Source: an uncultured Gemmatimonadales bacterium
GTDB lineage: Bacteria > Gemmatimonadota > Gemmatimonadetes > Gemmatimonadales > GWC2-71-9
Assembly: GCA_963841505.1 (NCBI GenBank)
Contig: CAWJCZ010000001.1
Location: forward strand, 149,834 to 213,833
Length of the DNA: 64,000 nucleotides
Direction: 5' to 3'
Shown here: positions 36,051-47,263 of the stretch, piece after piece
How positions within the stretch are numbered: position 1 is the stretch's first letter
Layout of the letters: each line of letters starts with the position of its first letter
Program-made: the position numbers and the translations under genes
Notes under the pieces: generated by a model
What the model saw: only the letters and a program-made list of their open reading frames with translations
What the model was told of the DNA's origin: nothing
Database searches by the model: none

Positions 36051-39000
36051 GTGGAATCGATCTGGCCCTTCGCCAGGCAGTCGAGCGACTGCGGCGCCGG
36101 CGCCTGAACCGGGTGTTGCTGGAGGGCGCGGTGAAGGTGGTGGCCGCGGTGTTCCTCGCAGTGCTCGCGGCCATGGTGGTGAGCGCGCTGCTCGGGTCCG
36201 GCTCGAACTCCCTGATCGTCGCGCGGGTTATCGGATACCTGCTGATTGCGGCTGCGCTGGTGCGCTACCTGGTGGTTCCTCTGCTTCGGCGTCCTGATGA
36301 TCGCGTCCTGGCCCTCTATATCGAGGAGCGGGAGCCCGATCTCAAGCAGGCCCTCCTCAGCGCGGTGCACGAGCTGAACATTCCGGAAGAGGAGCGGGCA
36401 TCTTCGGGCCTCAGCGCCCTGGTGGTGGAGCGAGCACTGGCGGAAGTCCGGAAGCTCGAAACTGGGCCGGGCCTCGAGCGCACCCAGGTGCAGCGAGCGG
36501 CCGGGATGCTGGCGGCCGGCGTGGCGATCGGCGCGATTCTCGTGTTGGCGGGTCCCCGCGTGGTGCGCGATGCGGCCAAGGTGCTGTTCGTACCGTGGAG
36601 CGAAGCCGAAGCCGAGCCGGTGCTCGCGATCTCGGTGATCCCGGGAAATGCCGCGGTGCCTCGGGGTGGTGCGGTCCAGGTCGAAGCTTCCCTCCGGGGC
36701 TTTCAGTCCGACGGCGCCGAGCTGGTGATGCGGGCGGACACGGCGAGCGAGTGGATCCGGGTGCCGATGCAGCGCGATTCGGCGGCGGGAACCTTTTCCG
36801 CGCGGGTCTTCGATCTGGTCCGGCCCACCGAATACTTCGTCGAGTCGGAGGGGGTCAAGTCTCCCGCCTACCGACTGGGCGTCACCGATCTCCCCGCGAT
36901 TCAGCGTCTCGCGCTCACCCTGCGCTATCCGGCGTACACGAGGCTCGCGCCCGAAACCATGGATCCGGGCGGCGACGTCGCCGCGCTCACCGGAACCACG
37001 GTGACAGTCCGGAGCACGTTAACCCGCGCTGCCAAATCCGCTTCGCTCCGGCTCGATGACGGCACGGTGATTCCATTCACCGCCGACTCCGCGGGGCGTT
37101 GGAGCGGCAGCTTCCGGATCGCGAAGGACGGTTTCTACCGGGTGGACCTGGTGGCCCCCGATGGGACCCCGGTCCCCGGTTCGGTGCAGTATGTGATCGA
37201 AGCGCTGGAGGATCACAAGCCCGCGGTGCGGATCGAACAGCCGGGTCGGGACACCAAGGTGACCTCGGTGGAAGAGGTCACCATCGCCCTGGCGGCGTCG
37301 GACGACTACGGCGTGACCGGCCTCGAGCTGCTCTATTCGGTCAACGGCGGCCCGGAGCAGCGGGTCATCGTTTCCGACTCCGGAAAATCATCGGAAGACC
37401 TTCGCGCGGCCCACACACTCTTTCTCGAGGAGATGCAGCTCAAGGCCGGCGATCTGATCTCCTACCACGCCACGGCGAAAGACGGGGCGGGGAACACCGG
37501 CTCGAGCGACATCTATTTCCTGGAAGTGCGCCCCTTCGGACGGGACTACCGCCAGGCCGAATCCGGCGGCGGAGGTGGTGGCGGGGGCGGTGAATCTCCC
37601 GAAGGCCTCTCGGCGCGGCAGCGCGACGTGATCGCAGGCACGTTCAACTGGTTGCGTGACAGCGCCGCCACCGTGGCCAAGCAGCGCACCGAAGATGTGA
37701 CGACGCTGGCGATCAGCCAGGGCCGGCTCAAACAGGACGTCCAGGGAATGGTGCGCCGCCTGGTAGAGCGGAATGTGGCTTCGCGCGACACCAATTTCGC
37801 CAAGATCAAGGATGAGCTCGATGCCGCCGGCAAGGAGATGGAAACGGCGGAGCAGCAGCTCGGCACCGGGAAGGCCCGTGACGCGCTCACGCCGGAACAG
37901 CGGGCGCTTCAGCATGTTCAGCGAGCCGAAGCGGTGTACCGCGAGGTCCAGATTCAGCTTGGTGGCGGGGGAGGAGGCGGAGGGGGCGGAGCCCAGCAAT
38001 CCCGGGCCGAGGATCTTGCCGACCTCTTCGAGTTGGAGAATGACAAGCTCAAGAATCAGTACGAGCAGGTTCAGCGGGAGCAGTCCCAGGCCGCGCAGCA
38101 GGAAGTGGACGAAATCGCGGAGCGCCTGCGTCAGCTTGCCGCGAGGCAACAGCAGGAGAATGAGCGGATGCAGCGCGCGGCCGATGCCATGCGCGACCGG
38201 GTCGGGCAGCAGGGCGGTGGCGGCGGTGGTGGCGGAGGCGGAGCCCAGCGCGATCTGGCCCGGCCAGGCCGAAGAAGAAGCGCGCCGGCTGGAACGGCTG
38301 GCCCGGGAGCAGAACCAGCCTCAACTCAATGAGACCGCGCGTCAGCTCCGGGAGGCCGCCGACGCGATGCGGCGAGCCGGGAGCGACGCGGCGGGCTCCG
38401 CCGCGCAGGGCGGGAATGCGCTGGACCGGCTGCGGCGCGCGACCAAGGATCTGGAAGAATTCCCGGAGCACCGGCCTGGCGGATCAGGTCCGCGACCTCG
38501 AGCGCCGGGCCCGGCAGCTTGCGGAGCGGCAGCAGGATATCGCGGACCAGGTCCGCGGGTTAGGCTCGGCGTCTCCGGCCGAGCGGAACGAGCGGCTCCA
38601 GCGGCTCGATGAACGAAAGGACGGATTGGCTGCCGAAGTTGACCGGCTCCAGTCTGACGCCGAGCGCGCGGCGCGGGAAGGGCGCCGGGAACAACCCGGG
38701 GCCGCGGGCCGGGCGGGACAGGCCGCGGAACAGCTTCAGAGCGGGCAGGATCCGCGATCGCATCGTCTATTCCAAGGGAGTGATGCGAGGGAATTCCCCC
38801 GATTACGCCAACCAGTTCGAGGGACAGATCACCCAGGGGCTCAAGGACGCCGCGGACCGACTCCGGGATGCGGCCGGTGCGCTGGGTGAATCAACGGACG
38901 ATAAGCGCGACCGCGCGCTCGAGCAGGCCAGGAACCTGGTGCGAGGGCCTCGAGTCGACGAAGGAGAGGAGCCAGAGTGGTCAGGCCGCCGGACAGGCGG

Positions 39001-39605
39001 ACAGGCGGACAGGCGGCCAGGAGAGTGATCAGCAGGGGCAGGCCCAGGGGGGCCAGCCGGGAGCACAGCCCGGGCAAAGCCAGGGCGGAAGTCAAGGAGG
39101 TCAGCCGGGACAGGCTCAGGGCCGGCAGCAGGGAGGTCAACCCGGCGGTCAGCCGGGCCAGAACCAGGGCGGGTTAGGGCCGAATCCGATGGGCGGCGCC
39201 GGCAATCCATCGGGCGGGGCGGGCCCGATCACCGGGGAACAGGCTCGGCAGCTGAGCCGGGAGTACCGGCTGCGGCGGGAAGCCGCCGAGAGCCTGCGCC
39301 GCGAGGTGGGCAGGCAGGAGGGGGTCGAGCTGGGCGAGCTGGATCGTGCGATTCGCGGTTTGCGTCAGCTCGAGAGCGGGGAGCCGTTTCGGGATCCCCA
39401 GCGGATGGAGGATCTCCAGCGCTCCATCATCGAGGGACTCAAAACCTGGGAATTCCGGCTGTGGCGCGCGCTGACTCAGAACGGCGACAAGGGACCGGCG
39501 GTGGGGTCGCCGTCGCAGGCCCCGGCCGAGTACCGTGCGCTGGTGGAAGAATATTATCGGTCGCTGGCGCGGGAGAAGAAGCCGAACTCGAACCCGAGGC
39601 CCTAA
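36047..39605 (+). pseudogene. large DUF4175-like membrane/coiled-coil protein with three poly-Gly tracts, 4 frame breaks in the last third
   Basis: ATGA overlap start with N-terminal TM segments. Intact to about 38260, then continues through ORFs 37773..38612, 38329..38889, 38609..39028 and 38868..39605. The C-terminus AEYRALVEEYYRSLA is typical of the family. Confidence 0.6.
38991..39016 (+). repeat. tandem octamer array GGACAGGC x3
   Basis: Read directly from the sequence. It lies inside the low-complexity tail of the DUF4175-like gene. Confidence 0.75.
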
Positions 39606-39619
39606 CCCGGAGGGACATC

Positions 39620-40009
39620 ATGTCGGTCGAGAGCACTCGCAAGGCAGTGGAGCGTTACATCCAGTCGGACCACACTGACCTCAGCATGATGGCCGCCAAC
39701 GTGGTCTTCACCAACATGGCCACGGGAGCCGAGCACAAAGGGGTCGATGGAGTGAAGCAAATGCTGCACTACGTCTACCATGTCGCGTTCGACGCCAGGG
39801 CCGAAACCAGAAGCCTGGTGGTAGCGGACGGGAAAGCGGTGTTCGAGGCGGACTTCGTTGGCAAGCACATCGGGGAATTCGCCGGGGTCAAGCCGACTGG
39901 TAAGCAGGTGCGGGTTCCGCTCTGCGTGACCTACGATCTGGAGAATGACCAGATCAAGCGGGGCCGGGTGTACTGGGAGGTTCCGGCTTTTCTCAAGCAA
40001 GTGGGGTAA
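39620..40009 (+). CDS. SnoaL-like / ester-cyclase (NTF2-fold) protein
   Basis: ATG 39620. FTNMATGAEHKGVDGVKQMLHYVYHVAF...FVGKHIGEFAGVKPTGKQVRVPLCVTYDLENDQIKRGRVY is typical of ester cyclases. Confidence 0.6.
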   Translation: MSVESTRKAVERYIQSDHTDLSMMAANVVFTNMATGAEHKGVDGVKQMLHYVYHVAFDARAETRSLVVADGKAVFEADFVGKHIGEFAGVKPTGKQVRVPLCVTYDLENDQIKRGRVYWEVPAFLKQVG

Positions 40010-40014
40010 AAGGC

Positions 40015-40865
40015 TCAGCGCCCCCGACGGGTCCAGAGGACGATCACTCCGCATTGACCGAGCTGCCGCTGAATTCAGCGGGTAGCTCCGCGGCGCTGCG
40101 GTACACCTCCACCGCCTCGTACTCGTTGATAGAGAACTGCCGGCTCCAGTCGGGCGGGTATCCCAGGCCTCCGTCGGACCGATAGATCATCATGCCGTCT
40201 TCGATGATCGTCGCGAAGCACGCCCCTGACATTCTGCCAGTTCGAGTCCCTCGTGCGTAGAGCTCACGGGGGCATCTTTTGAAATCTCCGAATGGGCAGT
40301 CAGGAATCGGGGCCCACACGAAAGCGATCCCGGAGATACCTCGCAGGAGGTCCACCATTCGCCGGTGCTCGTTTCGGCGGAGCACCGTCGAGTCGATGAA
40401 CTTTCCGAATCCCATCTTCCTCCGCTCCTCGAAGGATTCGCGGATTCCCATCCCTCGCGGTGGTTGCGCTCGCGTTTTCGTCGTGACGGTGGGCAGGGTC
40501 TGGGCAGATTCGGCGGTCAGGGTGATCTCGAGGCGAGTCGTGTCGCCCTTGAGCAGGATCACCCCCCGCTCGACCGGGCGGAACCCCACTGAGCGAATCA
40601 GGAGCGTGACCGGACCGAAGGGCAACCCGGTGAGCACGAAATAACCGGCCTTGTCGGTCGTGGTCTGACGCCCTGATCCCTGGACGAGCAGTTCAATTCC
40701 GGGAAGGGGAGCCCCGCTTGAGTCACGGCGGACCGTTCCGCTCAGCGTGCCCTGCTGGGCAAGGAGCGCTCCGGAAGATTGCAGCAGAGCTCCAGCAAGG
40801 AGCCACCTGGAAGCAGCCATCCACCGTCCTGAAAGTCCGCCCGGTGAACTTACCGGCTGGAACAC
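40015..40865 (-). CDS. carboxypeptidase-regulatory-like domain protein, frame break near 40052
   Basis: Signal peptide. GTLSGTVRRDSSGAPLPGIELLVQGSGRQTTTDKAGYFVLTGLPFGPVTLLIRSVGF (CarboxypepD_reg). The expected C-terminus CGVIVLWTRRGR-stop (40015) is reached only after a 1-nt shift. Confidence 0.6.
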
Positions 40866-40928
40866 CAGGCGGCAATTCTGGTGGGTTGGTCCTGAGAGGG
40901 ATACTGCTATGACAAGTTATAGCCTGGC

Positions 40929-41093
40929 CTAACCCGGGGCCTCTGCCTTCTTCCGGAGCCGCAGCGCGCTTAGGTCAGGGCCGCCTTGAGCACGGCTTCC
41001 TCTTCCGATGCGATCGAACGAGCACAGCTCTCGCGCCTCGCCGCCCGGAGCATGATCACCGGTGCCTCCCGGAAGCAGGTCGGGTAGCAAGGG
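40929..41093 (-). pseudogene. orphan copy of the lhr 3' end
   Basis: The minus strand reads ...SIASEEEAVLKAALT* and ...LRLRKKAEAPG-TAG, paralleling the real lhr end (FAPEEEHAIKAALIR...RLRKKAPAPG-TAG at 42846). The DNA at 40928-40965 is near-identical to 42845-42885. Confidence 0.45.
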
Positions 41094-41149
41094 CGGGGGG
41101 TCTGCAGGCCTTGCAAAATTACCCTAGTGATGCCATTTTGGGACTCAAT

Positions 41150-42334
41150 ATGGCGCTAATAGGTAGATTTCTCCAGCTCCCTCCGGGGAGCTTCTTCTCT
41201 TCGGACCCCGGGGCACCGGTAAGACGACCTGGCTTGAGCTTCAACTCCCCGGCGCGCTGATGGTGAATCTGCTCGAGCCAGAAACCTATCGGAGCCTGAC
41301 CGCCCGGCCGGAGCGGCTTCGGGAGCTGGTGCTGGGAACGAAGAGTCGGGATGTGGTAGTGGATGAAGTACAGCGGATTCCTGACCTTCTGCATGTGGTT
41401 CACGACCTGATCGGGCGGCGAACGTCGCATCGATTCGTGCTGACCGGCTCGAGTGCGAGAAAGCTGCGGCGCGGGGGGGTGAATCTACTGGGTGGGCGCG
41501 CAGTGGTCCGGACCCTGCATCCTTTTCTTGCAGCGGAACTGCCGAGCTTCGACCTGCCCCGGAGCTTGGCGATCGGGCTGTTGCCTCTGGTGGTTACCTC
41601 GCCGACTCCCGAAGATGTCCTGAGAGCCTACGCCACGCTGTACCTGGAACAGGAGGTTCAGGCGGAAGGGATGGTTCGCAATATTGGGAGCTTCGCCAGG
41701 TTTCTCGAGGTGGTCAGTTTTTCCCATGGCTCGGTCCTCAATCTCAGCAACGTAGCGCGGGAGAGCGCGGTCAACAGGAAGACCGTGGAAGGGTATCTCG
41801 AAGTCCTGGAAGACCTGTTGCTGGCGTACCGAGTTCCTGTGTTCACGCGCCGGGCAAAGCGGGAGACCTCGGTCCATCCCAAGCTCTATCTCTTCGATAC
41901 TGGAGTGTTTCGTTCGCTCCGCCCGAGTGGGCCGCTCGACCGTCCGGAGGAGATCGAGGGAGTGGCTCTGGAGGGACTGGTGGCGCAGCACCTCCGCGCC
42001 TGGGCGGCGTACGGAGGTGAGAAGGACGCGCTGTTTTTCTGGAGAACCCGGTCCGGGGTCGAAGTGGATTTCGTGCTGCATGGGAAGTCGGGATTGTACG
42101 GGATCGAAGTCAAGAACACCGATGCGGTTCGCCCTGAGGATCTGCGGGGCCTGCGGGCATTCGGGGAGGATTATCCCGAGGCCCGCCTGGTACTCCTGTA
42201 TCGTGGGACGCGAGCGCCTTCGGATAAAGAACGTGCTTTGCTTGCCGGTCAGAGAGCTGCTGGAGAACCTGCGGCCCGGGGCCAAGCCGGTGCCGTCCGA
42301 ATCCTCACCGTCCCCGCCTGGTATGGTACAATGA
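41150..42334 (+). CDS. AAA+ ATPase with DUF4143 domain (COG1373-like), two frame breaks (~41197, ~42208)
   Basis: MALIGRFLQLPPGSFF | LFGPRGTGKTTWL (Walker A). DUF4143-like region ...LLAYRVPVFTRRAKRE...PKLYLFDTGV. The tail LLYRG|RERLRIKNVLCLPVRELLENL is in a third frame. Confidence 0.65.
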
Positions 42335-42359
42335 CCCCGCACAACTGGATCCAATCGAG

Positions 42360-42842
42360 GTGAAGGGGGCTCCAGACCCTCCTCGTGGCATCGGAATCAG
42401 AGAGTCTATTGAGGAACGCAAAAAGTTAGGTTTCGGCAAATTCGTGACCACCGAGTTCCTTAGAGCAAATGAGCATAGACGGGTGGGGGACATTCTCCGA
42501 GGTATCCCCGGACTATGGCTGATTTGGTACGCCGATACCCTGCGGGGGGTGCCCCGAGCGGTTGGCATTGGGGCCCAGCGTGAACCTCCTGAGCTGAGAG
42601 CAACGACGACTCGCCGTCCATTTGGAATCCGGGGGATGTGCTGGTCGTCGGTCTTCCTCGATGGCATGATCCTCTATCGCTCCTGGAGCAACGCCCCGCC
42701 CCCGGATTGGAGCAAGGACTTCTACGTAAATGAACTCGATGCGATAGAAGTCTATCGAAGCGCCGCAGAGCTACCTTCGGAATTCGGCGGTACCGTGGGT
42801 GAATGCGGCGTGATCGTGCTTTGGTCTCGACGAGGAGGATAG
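42360..42842 (+). pseudogene. 5'-truncated, inverted paralogue of gene 40015..40865 (C-terminal half only)
   Basis: PPRGIGIRESIEERKKLGFGKF...LDAIEVYRSAAELPSEFGG..CGVIVLWSRRGG parallels PPRGMGIRESFEERRKMGFGKF...YEAVEVYRSAAELPAEF. It lacks the signal peptide and CarboxypepD_reg domain. Visibly lower GC with rare codons. Confidence 0.5.
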
Positions 42843-42845
42843 ACC

Positions 42846-45800
42846 CTAACCCGGGGCCGGCGCTTTCTTCCGGAGCCGCGGCGGCCGATCGGGCGATTCT
42901 GCGCCCGCCCGGCAATCCCCAGATACATCCGGAGGCTCGGACTGACCGCCCGCCTGATCAAGGCGGCCTTGATCGCGTGTTCCTCTTCCGGTGCGAACTC
43001 CTTGAGAAACCGGGTCTCGCCCGACTCGAGCACCGCCACCGGCACTCCGTCTTCGAACAGGATCCGGTTCCGGGCCAGCGCCGGAATCCGCTCGCCCGGA
43101 GTCACGATCCCCACCAGGTTGAGCGGGTCGGCCGCTGAAATGCTGACCAGCGTTCTGCCCCGCTCTCCCGCCGAGCTGCCCGGAGCGCGACCACCGCCTC
43201 GGGCAGCGCGAACTGCTCGCCGGTCACCCCCGCCACGAACCGCCCGCCCCGAATCTCGCCTCGCGCTTCCAGGCGGCGATAAACCATCATCAGCTCGCGC
43301 CACGGAACCGTGAAGGGCTCCCGGGTCAGCAGCTTGTGGAACACCACCCCATACCGCTTGAGCAGGATCCTCGCATACCGCTCGATCGCCTTGGGATGGT
43401 TCCTGGGGCTCCCGGGGCTCCGGGTCCTGACCAGTGACCAGCGCCCGGCGCGATCGATCCCGAACGGGGCGACCCGGTGCCGCCTCGGACCGCCGGTGAG
43501 GGGCTGGCGCTTGGCCGACGGGGTGAGCAGCGCCCGTAACCCGGCAAAACTGTCCGAGCGTCACCAGCCCGGCCGCCGCGAGCTCGGCCAGCGCCTGCTC
43601 GACCTGGGTCGCCAGGAGCCCCGATTCCGCCACGATCTCCGGGAAGAACGAAGCTCCCCGCCGCTCCAGCACATCCCGTACCGCCTCACCATAACTCGAC
43701 AACACCGGCTCTCCCTCGCCTCCACCAGCTCACGCCACAGGTCGGCGTTGCTGCGCTGGAGCAGAGCCATCGGCGTGCTGCGGATCGGGCGCGCCGCCGG
43801 CCCATCTCCATTCTCCCTGATGACGCTCGGCAGTGACAGCCGGCCCCAGGTAACCCGGCCGGTGAGACACAGCATGTCGAGCAGCGCGGGATCGTATTCT
43901 TCGCAGCGGGTACCAAGGACATCTGCCTCCCAGGCCGATGCCGCGGGACCTCGTAGCCGTCGAGCTGCTCGATGATCGAGGCGAGCCCTTCGAGCCCCGC
44001 GACCTGCTCGCCCGGCTCAACCCTCTGCCACCCAAACAGAAATCGCTGGAAGTCCGCCGCGTTGACCGGCGCGATCTCGGCGCGGAGCCGGTTCAGGGTG
44101 TAGCGATGAATCCGGGCCAGCAGGCGGCGTTCGCACCATTCGAGGTCCGAGGTGTGGGTGTGGGTTGAGGAAGAACGAGGGGTAAAGCGGCCCCGGAGGA
44201 TCACCCCTTCGCTCTCGAGCGCGATCAGGGCGGCGTCCACCACCGGAACATCGACGCCGAGGGAGGCGGCGAGCTCGCGTGCGGTCGTCGGGCCGACGAT
44301 CTCGAGCCGGCCCCGGAGCAGCTCACGCACCGCGCCGTCTTCCGGCAACGCCCGCGCCAGCGGGACTCGCTCCGCCGCCACCCAAAGTCCCGACCCGCTC
44401 GGCCCGACGGTCCCGGACCAGCTCGTCGAACCAGGGCTCCCAGGAACATTCCGTTCCGCCCGGTCCGACCTTCCGCCTCGGTCAGGAAGCCCGACACCAG
44501 CAACGCATCGTGCAGCTCGTCGGCGTGGATCACTTCGGGCCAGGCCTCGTCCCGCACCCGTGCGATCGCATCGGCATCCAGCGCGCCGAGATCATCAGCG
44601 GAGCCGGGCTCGAAGGCGCGCCGCGTCTGCACCGCCTGGGTGCGGCGCTCCTCCAGCGGCGCATCGTCCAGGAAGGCGTAGGGTCGCGCGTTCAGGATCT
44701 CATGGGAGAGCGGCGACGGCTCGGGTAGGTCGCGCGCGACGCAGCGGATCTCCCGCTCTCGATCTGTCGAGCATCTCTTCGAGCCCGGTCAGGTCCATCG
44801 CCTCGTGCAGGCAGTCCTCGATGGTCTGCTCCACCAGCGGATGGCTCGGGAATCTCCCGATCGCCCGGAATGTTCTCCAGGCACGCTGCTGCATCGGGAA
44901 ACGCCGCCGCGAGCAGATCCTCCGACTCCATCCGCTGAAGCTGGCGGCGCCACCTTCTTCCCGCTCCGATATCGCGGCACCGCGAGCGAGATGTTCGCGT
45001 TCCAGCGCCAGCGGGTCCCGAACACCGGCGCATCGAGAAAAGCCTGGATCAGGATTTCTTGCGCGGTCTTCGGGTTCAGGAACCGGAAGACCGAATCGAG
45101 CGGGAAGGAATGCTGCGGTCCGAGGGAGAGCAGCACCGCGTCTTCGGTCGCCGCGGCCTGGAGCTCGAAGTTGAACGTGCGGCAGAACTTCTTCCGGAGT
45201 GCGAGCCCCCACGCCTTGTTGATCCGGCTTCCAAAGGGCGAGTGCAGCACCAGCTGCATCCCGCCCGCCTCGTCGAAGAATCGCTCGGCGATCAGGGTCT
45301 CCCGGGTCGGCAGGTCGCCCAGCAGGCGATACGACTCGCCCAGGTACTCCACGATCTGGAGCGCGCCGGATTGGGGAATGCCCTGGCTCGATCAGCCATT
45401 CCACCGCCTCCGCGCGGTCTTCCAGCCGCTCCTCGATCTCGCGGCGGAGCTCGGAGACTTCGGCGGAAAGCTCGTTGCTCCGGCCCAGCGCTTCGCCGAG
45501 CCAGAAGGGCACGGTGGGCGGCTGGCCCCGCGCGTCTTCCACCCGCACGGTGCCGCGCTCGATCCGCAGCATGCACCACGCCGTGTTGCCGAGCTGGAAG
45601 ATGTCGCCCGCGCTGCTCTCGATCGCGAAGTCTTCGTTGATGGTGCCGACGAAGGTCCCTTCCGGCTCGACGACCACCCGATAGTCGGCGACATCGGGGA
45701 TGGCCCCGCCCGAGGTGAGTGCGGTGAGCCGCGCTCCTCGGCGTCCCCGGATGCGTCCATTCACCGTGTCATGGTGGATCAGCGACCCCGCCGGCCGCGC

Positions 45801-47180
45801 CGGGTCACGAACCCGTTGGCCAGCATCTCGACGACCGCGTCGAACTGCTCGCGTGTCAGCCCGCGATAGGGATAGGCCTGGGGAATCGCTCGAACAAGCG
45901 CCTCAGTGGACCACTGCTCGGCGGCGGATTCGGCGGTGATCTGCTGGGCCAGCACATCGAGCGGCCGCTCCTGCATCACGATCCGGTCGAGGTCGCCCTT
46001 GCCGACCGCGCGGAGCAGCGCGGTGCATTCGACCAGCTCGTCGCGGGTGAGGGGGAACAGCCGTCCCTTCGGCGTTCCGCGCACCGTATGGCCGGACCGG
46101 CCGACCCGCTGGAGGAAGGTGGCGATCCGCCGGGGCGAGCCAAGCTGGCAGACCAGGTCCACATGGCCGATGTCGATGCCCAGCTCGAGCGAGGAGGTCG
46201 CGACGAGCGCCCGTAACCCGCCGTTCTTCAGCCGATCCTCGGCGTCGAGCCGGGTTTCCTTGGCGAGACTGCCGTGGTGGGCGGTAACCGCCTCGTCGCC
46301 CAGCCGGTCGGCGAGCTGGCGGGCCGCCCGCTCGGCGAGCCGCCGGGTGTTCACGAAGATCAGGGTGGTCTTGTGCTGCCTGATGAGCTCGAGTCAGCCG
46401 GTCATAGACCTCGCTCCAGACTTCGGCCGACATCACCGCCTGGAGCGGCGAACCGGGCAGTTCGAGCTGGAGGTCCGGGCCGGCGGCGATGGCCTTCATC
46501 GATGATGGTCGCGCGTGCCCGCCGCTCCCGGTCAGCCATTCGGCCACCATCTCGATCGGCTTCTGGGTCGCCGAGAGCCCGATGCGCTGGAGCTTCCGTC
46601 CGGCGACGTGGTCGAGCCGCTCCAGACTCAGCGCGAGGTGCGCGCCCCGGCGGGTCTCCACCACCGAGTGGATCTCGTCCACGATCACGGTGCGCGCGGT
46701 GCGGAGCATCTCCCGGCTCCGCTCCGAGGTGAGCAGCAGGTAGAGCGACTCCGGCGTGGTCACCAGGATATGCGGCGGGGTCTTGAGCATCGCGAGCCGC
46801 TCGGCGGGCGTGGTGTCGCCCGAGCGGACCGCCGCGGTGAGGTGCGGAGCGTTCCTAACCCGGCTTCCTCGGCGAGCTTCCGGATCTCGCGGCGGGGCTC
46901 GGCCAGGTTCTTGTGGATGTCGGCGCTCAGCGCCTTGAGCGGAGAGACGTAGATGACCCGGACTTCGTCGGGCAGCGGGCCTTCGAGCGATTCACGGAGG
47001 AGCTGATCGAGCGAGATCAGGAATGCGGCGAGGGTCTTCCCGGAGCCGGTCGGGGCGGCGATGAGGGTATTCTGGCCGGCCCGGATGGACTCCCAGCCGC
47101 GGGACTGCGCGGCGGTCGGCTGCCCGATCCGTTTCCGCGAACCAGTTTGAGATTACGGGGTGGAAACGAGTCAGCGGCAT
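42846..47180 (-). pseudogene. lhr: Lhr-family large ATP-dependent helicase, roughly 19 frame breaks
   Basis: FHPVISNWFAE...IAAPTGSGKTLAAF (motif I), VIVDEIHS (DEAH-type), [31 protein letters not shown], then DEAD-associated C-terminal segments. These are spread over many overlapping minus-strand ORFs in all three frames. Confidence 0.8.
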
Positions 47181-47263
47181 AGCTTGAAAAGATACGAGCG
47201 CAGAGATGACGCAGATGAGACGGGTCCCGAATCCGCCTCATCCGTGTCACCTGTGGACCAGCA

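Noticed and set aside
38991-39016. Octamer arrays considered as CRISPR-like or minisatellite arrays.
   Set aside because: The units are 8 nt with no spacers, and no cas genes are present. They are reported only as tandem repeats.
39171-39179. GGGTTAGGG equals the vertebrate telomere unit, raising the idea of telomere-like sequence.
   Set aside because: These are always single copies embedded in genes, never tandem. The resemblance is coincidental.
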